Below are positions 62,817-64,000 of a stretch of DNA of 64,000 bases, piece by piece (positions within the stretch are counted from its first letter, which is position 1; every line of letters begins with the position of its first letter). The stretch is from Dehalococcoidia bacterium (GTDB lineage Bacteria; Chloroflexota; Dehalococcoidia; GIF9; AB-539-J10). Both the position numbers and the translations under genes were made by a program. The DNA is taken from NCBI GenBank assembly GCA_030611085.1, contig JAUWQI010000004.1, positions 1,731 to 65,730 of the forward strand. The letters are read 5' to 3'. The notes below the pieces were generated by a model. That model made no database searches and was not told the origin of the DNA. It saw only the letters and a program-made list of their open reading frames with translations.

Positions 62817-63392
62817 TCAAATTATGCCTCCAACTGAACAGCAAACCATTGCCTCATGCTCCTCCCCTTCAGTCAACTCTGGGTAGCTGTAATGCTTTAT
62901 TACCCCCCATTTACCCGGTGGCCAGTAAATAAACCAGGCCTTGCCGATGATATTCTCGCGAGGCACTGTGCCCCAGGAGCGTGAATCACTCGCATTGTTA
63001 CGGTTGTCTCCCAGCACGAAGTATTCATCTGGGGGAATTTCTTTAGAGGGCATCGTGTAACGCGGTGGCTCTCTAATATAGTCCTCTTCTATAGGGATAC
63101 CATCGATAAAAACCCTACCTTTTTTGACTTCCACAGTCTCGCCGGGCAATCCAATAACTCGCTTGATAAAGGGAACCTCTGATTTGAAAGGTGGCCAAAG
63201 AACTACTACATCTCCTCGCTCAGGGTCTGAGAAGAAATAGCTTGCTTTGCTTACCATAATCCCTTCACCTTCTTCAACATTTGGCAGCATGCAGGAACCG
63301 TGTACTTTATAATTCGCCACGACAGCTTGGAGAAGAGCGAAGATAGCAATAGCAATGAGGATGGTTATGCCCACTTCGCGAAGGATTTTCAT
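62817..63392 (-). CDS. lepB: signal peptidase I (with Cys at the usual nucleophile Ser position)
   Basis: N-terminal TM helix, HGSCMLPN (box B), FIKRVIGLPGETV (box D Lys) and YFVLGDNRNNASDSR (box E). Confidence 0.85.
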   Translation of the reverse strand: MKILREVGITILIAIAIFALLQAVVANYKVHGSCMLPNVEEGEGIMVSKASYFFSDPERGDVVVLWPPFKSEVPFIKRVIGLPGETVEVKKGRVFIDGIPIEEDYIREPPRYTMPSKEIPPDEYFVLGDNRNNASDSRSWGTVPRENIIGKAWFIYWPPGKWGVIKHYSYPELTEGEEHEAMVCCSVGGII

Positions 63393-63464
63393 TTGTGAAA
63401 GTTATTCTATCATTCCTTCCCAAACTTGTCTCTCGCCCTTGCTCGATGATAATATATTACCAGT

Positions 63465-63537
<73 letters not shown>

Positions 63538-63606
63538 CTTTCCATTTTGTCTGTTATCAGACTACAATTGTCAGCAAATATCCTGAAAATTCTGGGGGTA
63601 GCATAA

Positions 63607-64000
63607 ATGAAACAAAGTAAGAGGGTACTTGTTACTGGAGGGGCTGGTTTTATTGGTTCACATCTTGCTGAAGAGCTAGCAAGGCGAGGCTATCAAGTTA
63701 TTATCCTCGATGACCTCTCCACCGGGAAGATGGAAAACATTGCTGGCCTAATCAACTCAACAAACTCCATAAACTCTATAACTCCACAAACTCGAGGAGT
63801 GGAGTTCATCCGCGGCAGCATCACCAATCCTCCTCTGCTTCAGAAGCTCTTCCAGGACATTGACTATGTCTTCCATCAGGCAGCCATCCCCAGCGTTCCC
63901 CGAAGCATAGAAAACCCTTCAGCATCTCATGAGGCAAATATAACGGGAACGCTCAATGTGCTTCTAGCCGCCAGGGATAAGAGCGTTAAAAAAGTAATCT
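63607..64000 (+). CDS. NAD-dependent epimerase/dehydratase (SDR, GalE-like), 5' part; continues beyond window end
   Basis: Own translation: MKQSKRVLVTGGAGFIGSHLAEELARRGYQVIILDDLSTGK... (Rossmann GxxGxxG). Confidence 0.8.
   Translation, partial: MKQSKRVLVTGGAGFIGSHLAEELARRGYQVIILDDLSTGKMENIAGLINSTNSINSITPQTRGVEFIRGSITNPPLLQKLFQDIDYVFHQAAIPSVPRSIENPSASHEANITGTLNVLLAARDKSVKKVI

Noticed and set aside
63720-63800. The low-complexity stretch INSTNSINSITPQT in the epimerase.
   Set aside because: It is a short loop insertion after the Rossmann beta2-alpha region. It has no repeat-family similarity and no frame problem, so it is probably ordinary sequence variation.

Overview
This 64-kb window looks like a bacterial chromosome segment. 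The evidence for bacterial origin is LepB, prepilin peptidase, a lipobox lipoprotein, GGDEF/HD-GYP and Shine-Dalgarno sites. The gene content (bacterial Elp3, SepRS/SepCysS, a stand-alone 5S rRNA, a HisZ-type his operon) fits an uncultured Chloroflexota/Dehalococcoidia-like organism best, but the lineage is inference only.

Backbone genes: htpX, pilD, elp3, dtd, hpt, ade, glyQS, pyrD, pyrE, lepB, a methylmalonyl-CoA mutase/epimerase cluster, an NfeD-stomatin operon, hisZ-G-D-C-B, five tRNAs (Asn, Gln, Leu, Phe, Lys) and one orphan 5S rRNA.

Accessory and unusual content:
1. A roughly 10.5-kb integrase-less island (31747-42230) starts 2 nt after the 5S gene. It carries two recombined exonuclease-X-Cas4-like-nuclease modules with different middle genes, HicAB, Phd plus a stop-interrupted VapC, and a WYL regulator broken at a C8 tract. 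It also carries a PD-(D/E)xK protein and a divergent AAA+/TM/DnaJ-type zinc-finger operon. A near-identical 32-nt inverted-repeat motif links two of its promoters.
2. An adjacent SepRS + SepCysS pair, the archaeal-type tRNA-dependent Cys pathway.
3. A cluster next to a Fur-family regulator with two paralogous 50-55-aa Cys-rich/TM peptides, a radical SAM/SPASM enzyme and a membrane protein.
4. Two families of short structured repeats. One of them (GTCATT[CG]TGAG...GAAG[AC]AATCTC units) also sits in frame inside ade, hisG, hisD and hisC, and brackets a GIY-YIG nuclease gene as inverted repeats.

All functional calls come from by-eye motif and homology recognition. No database search was possible.
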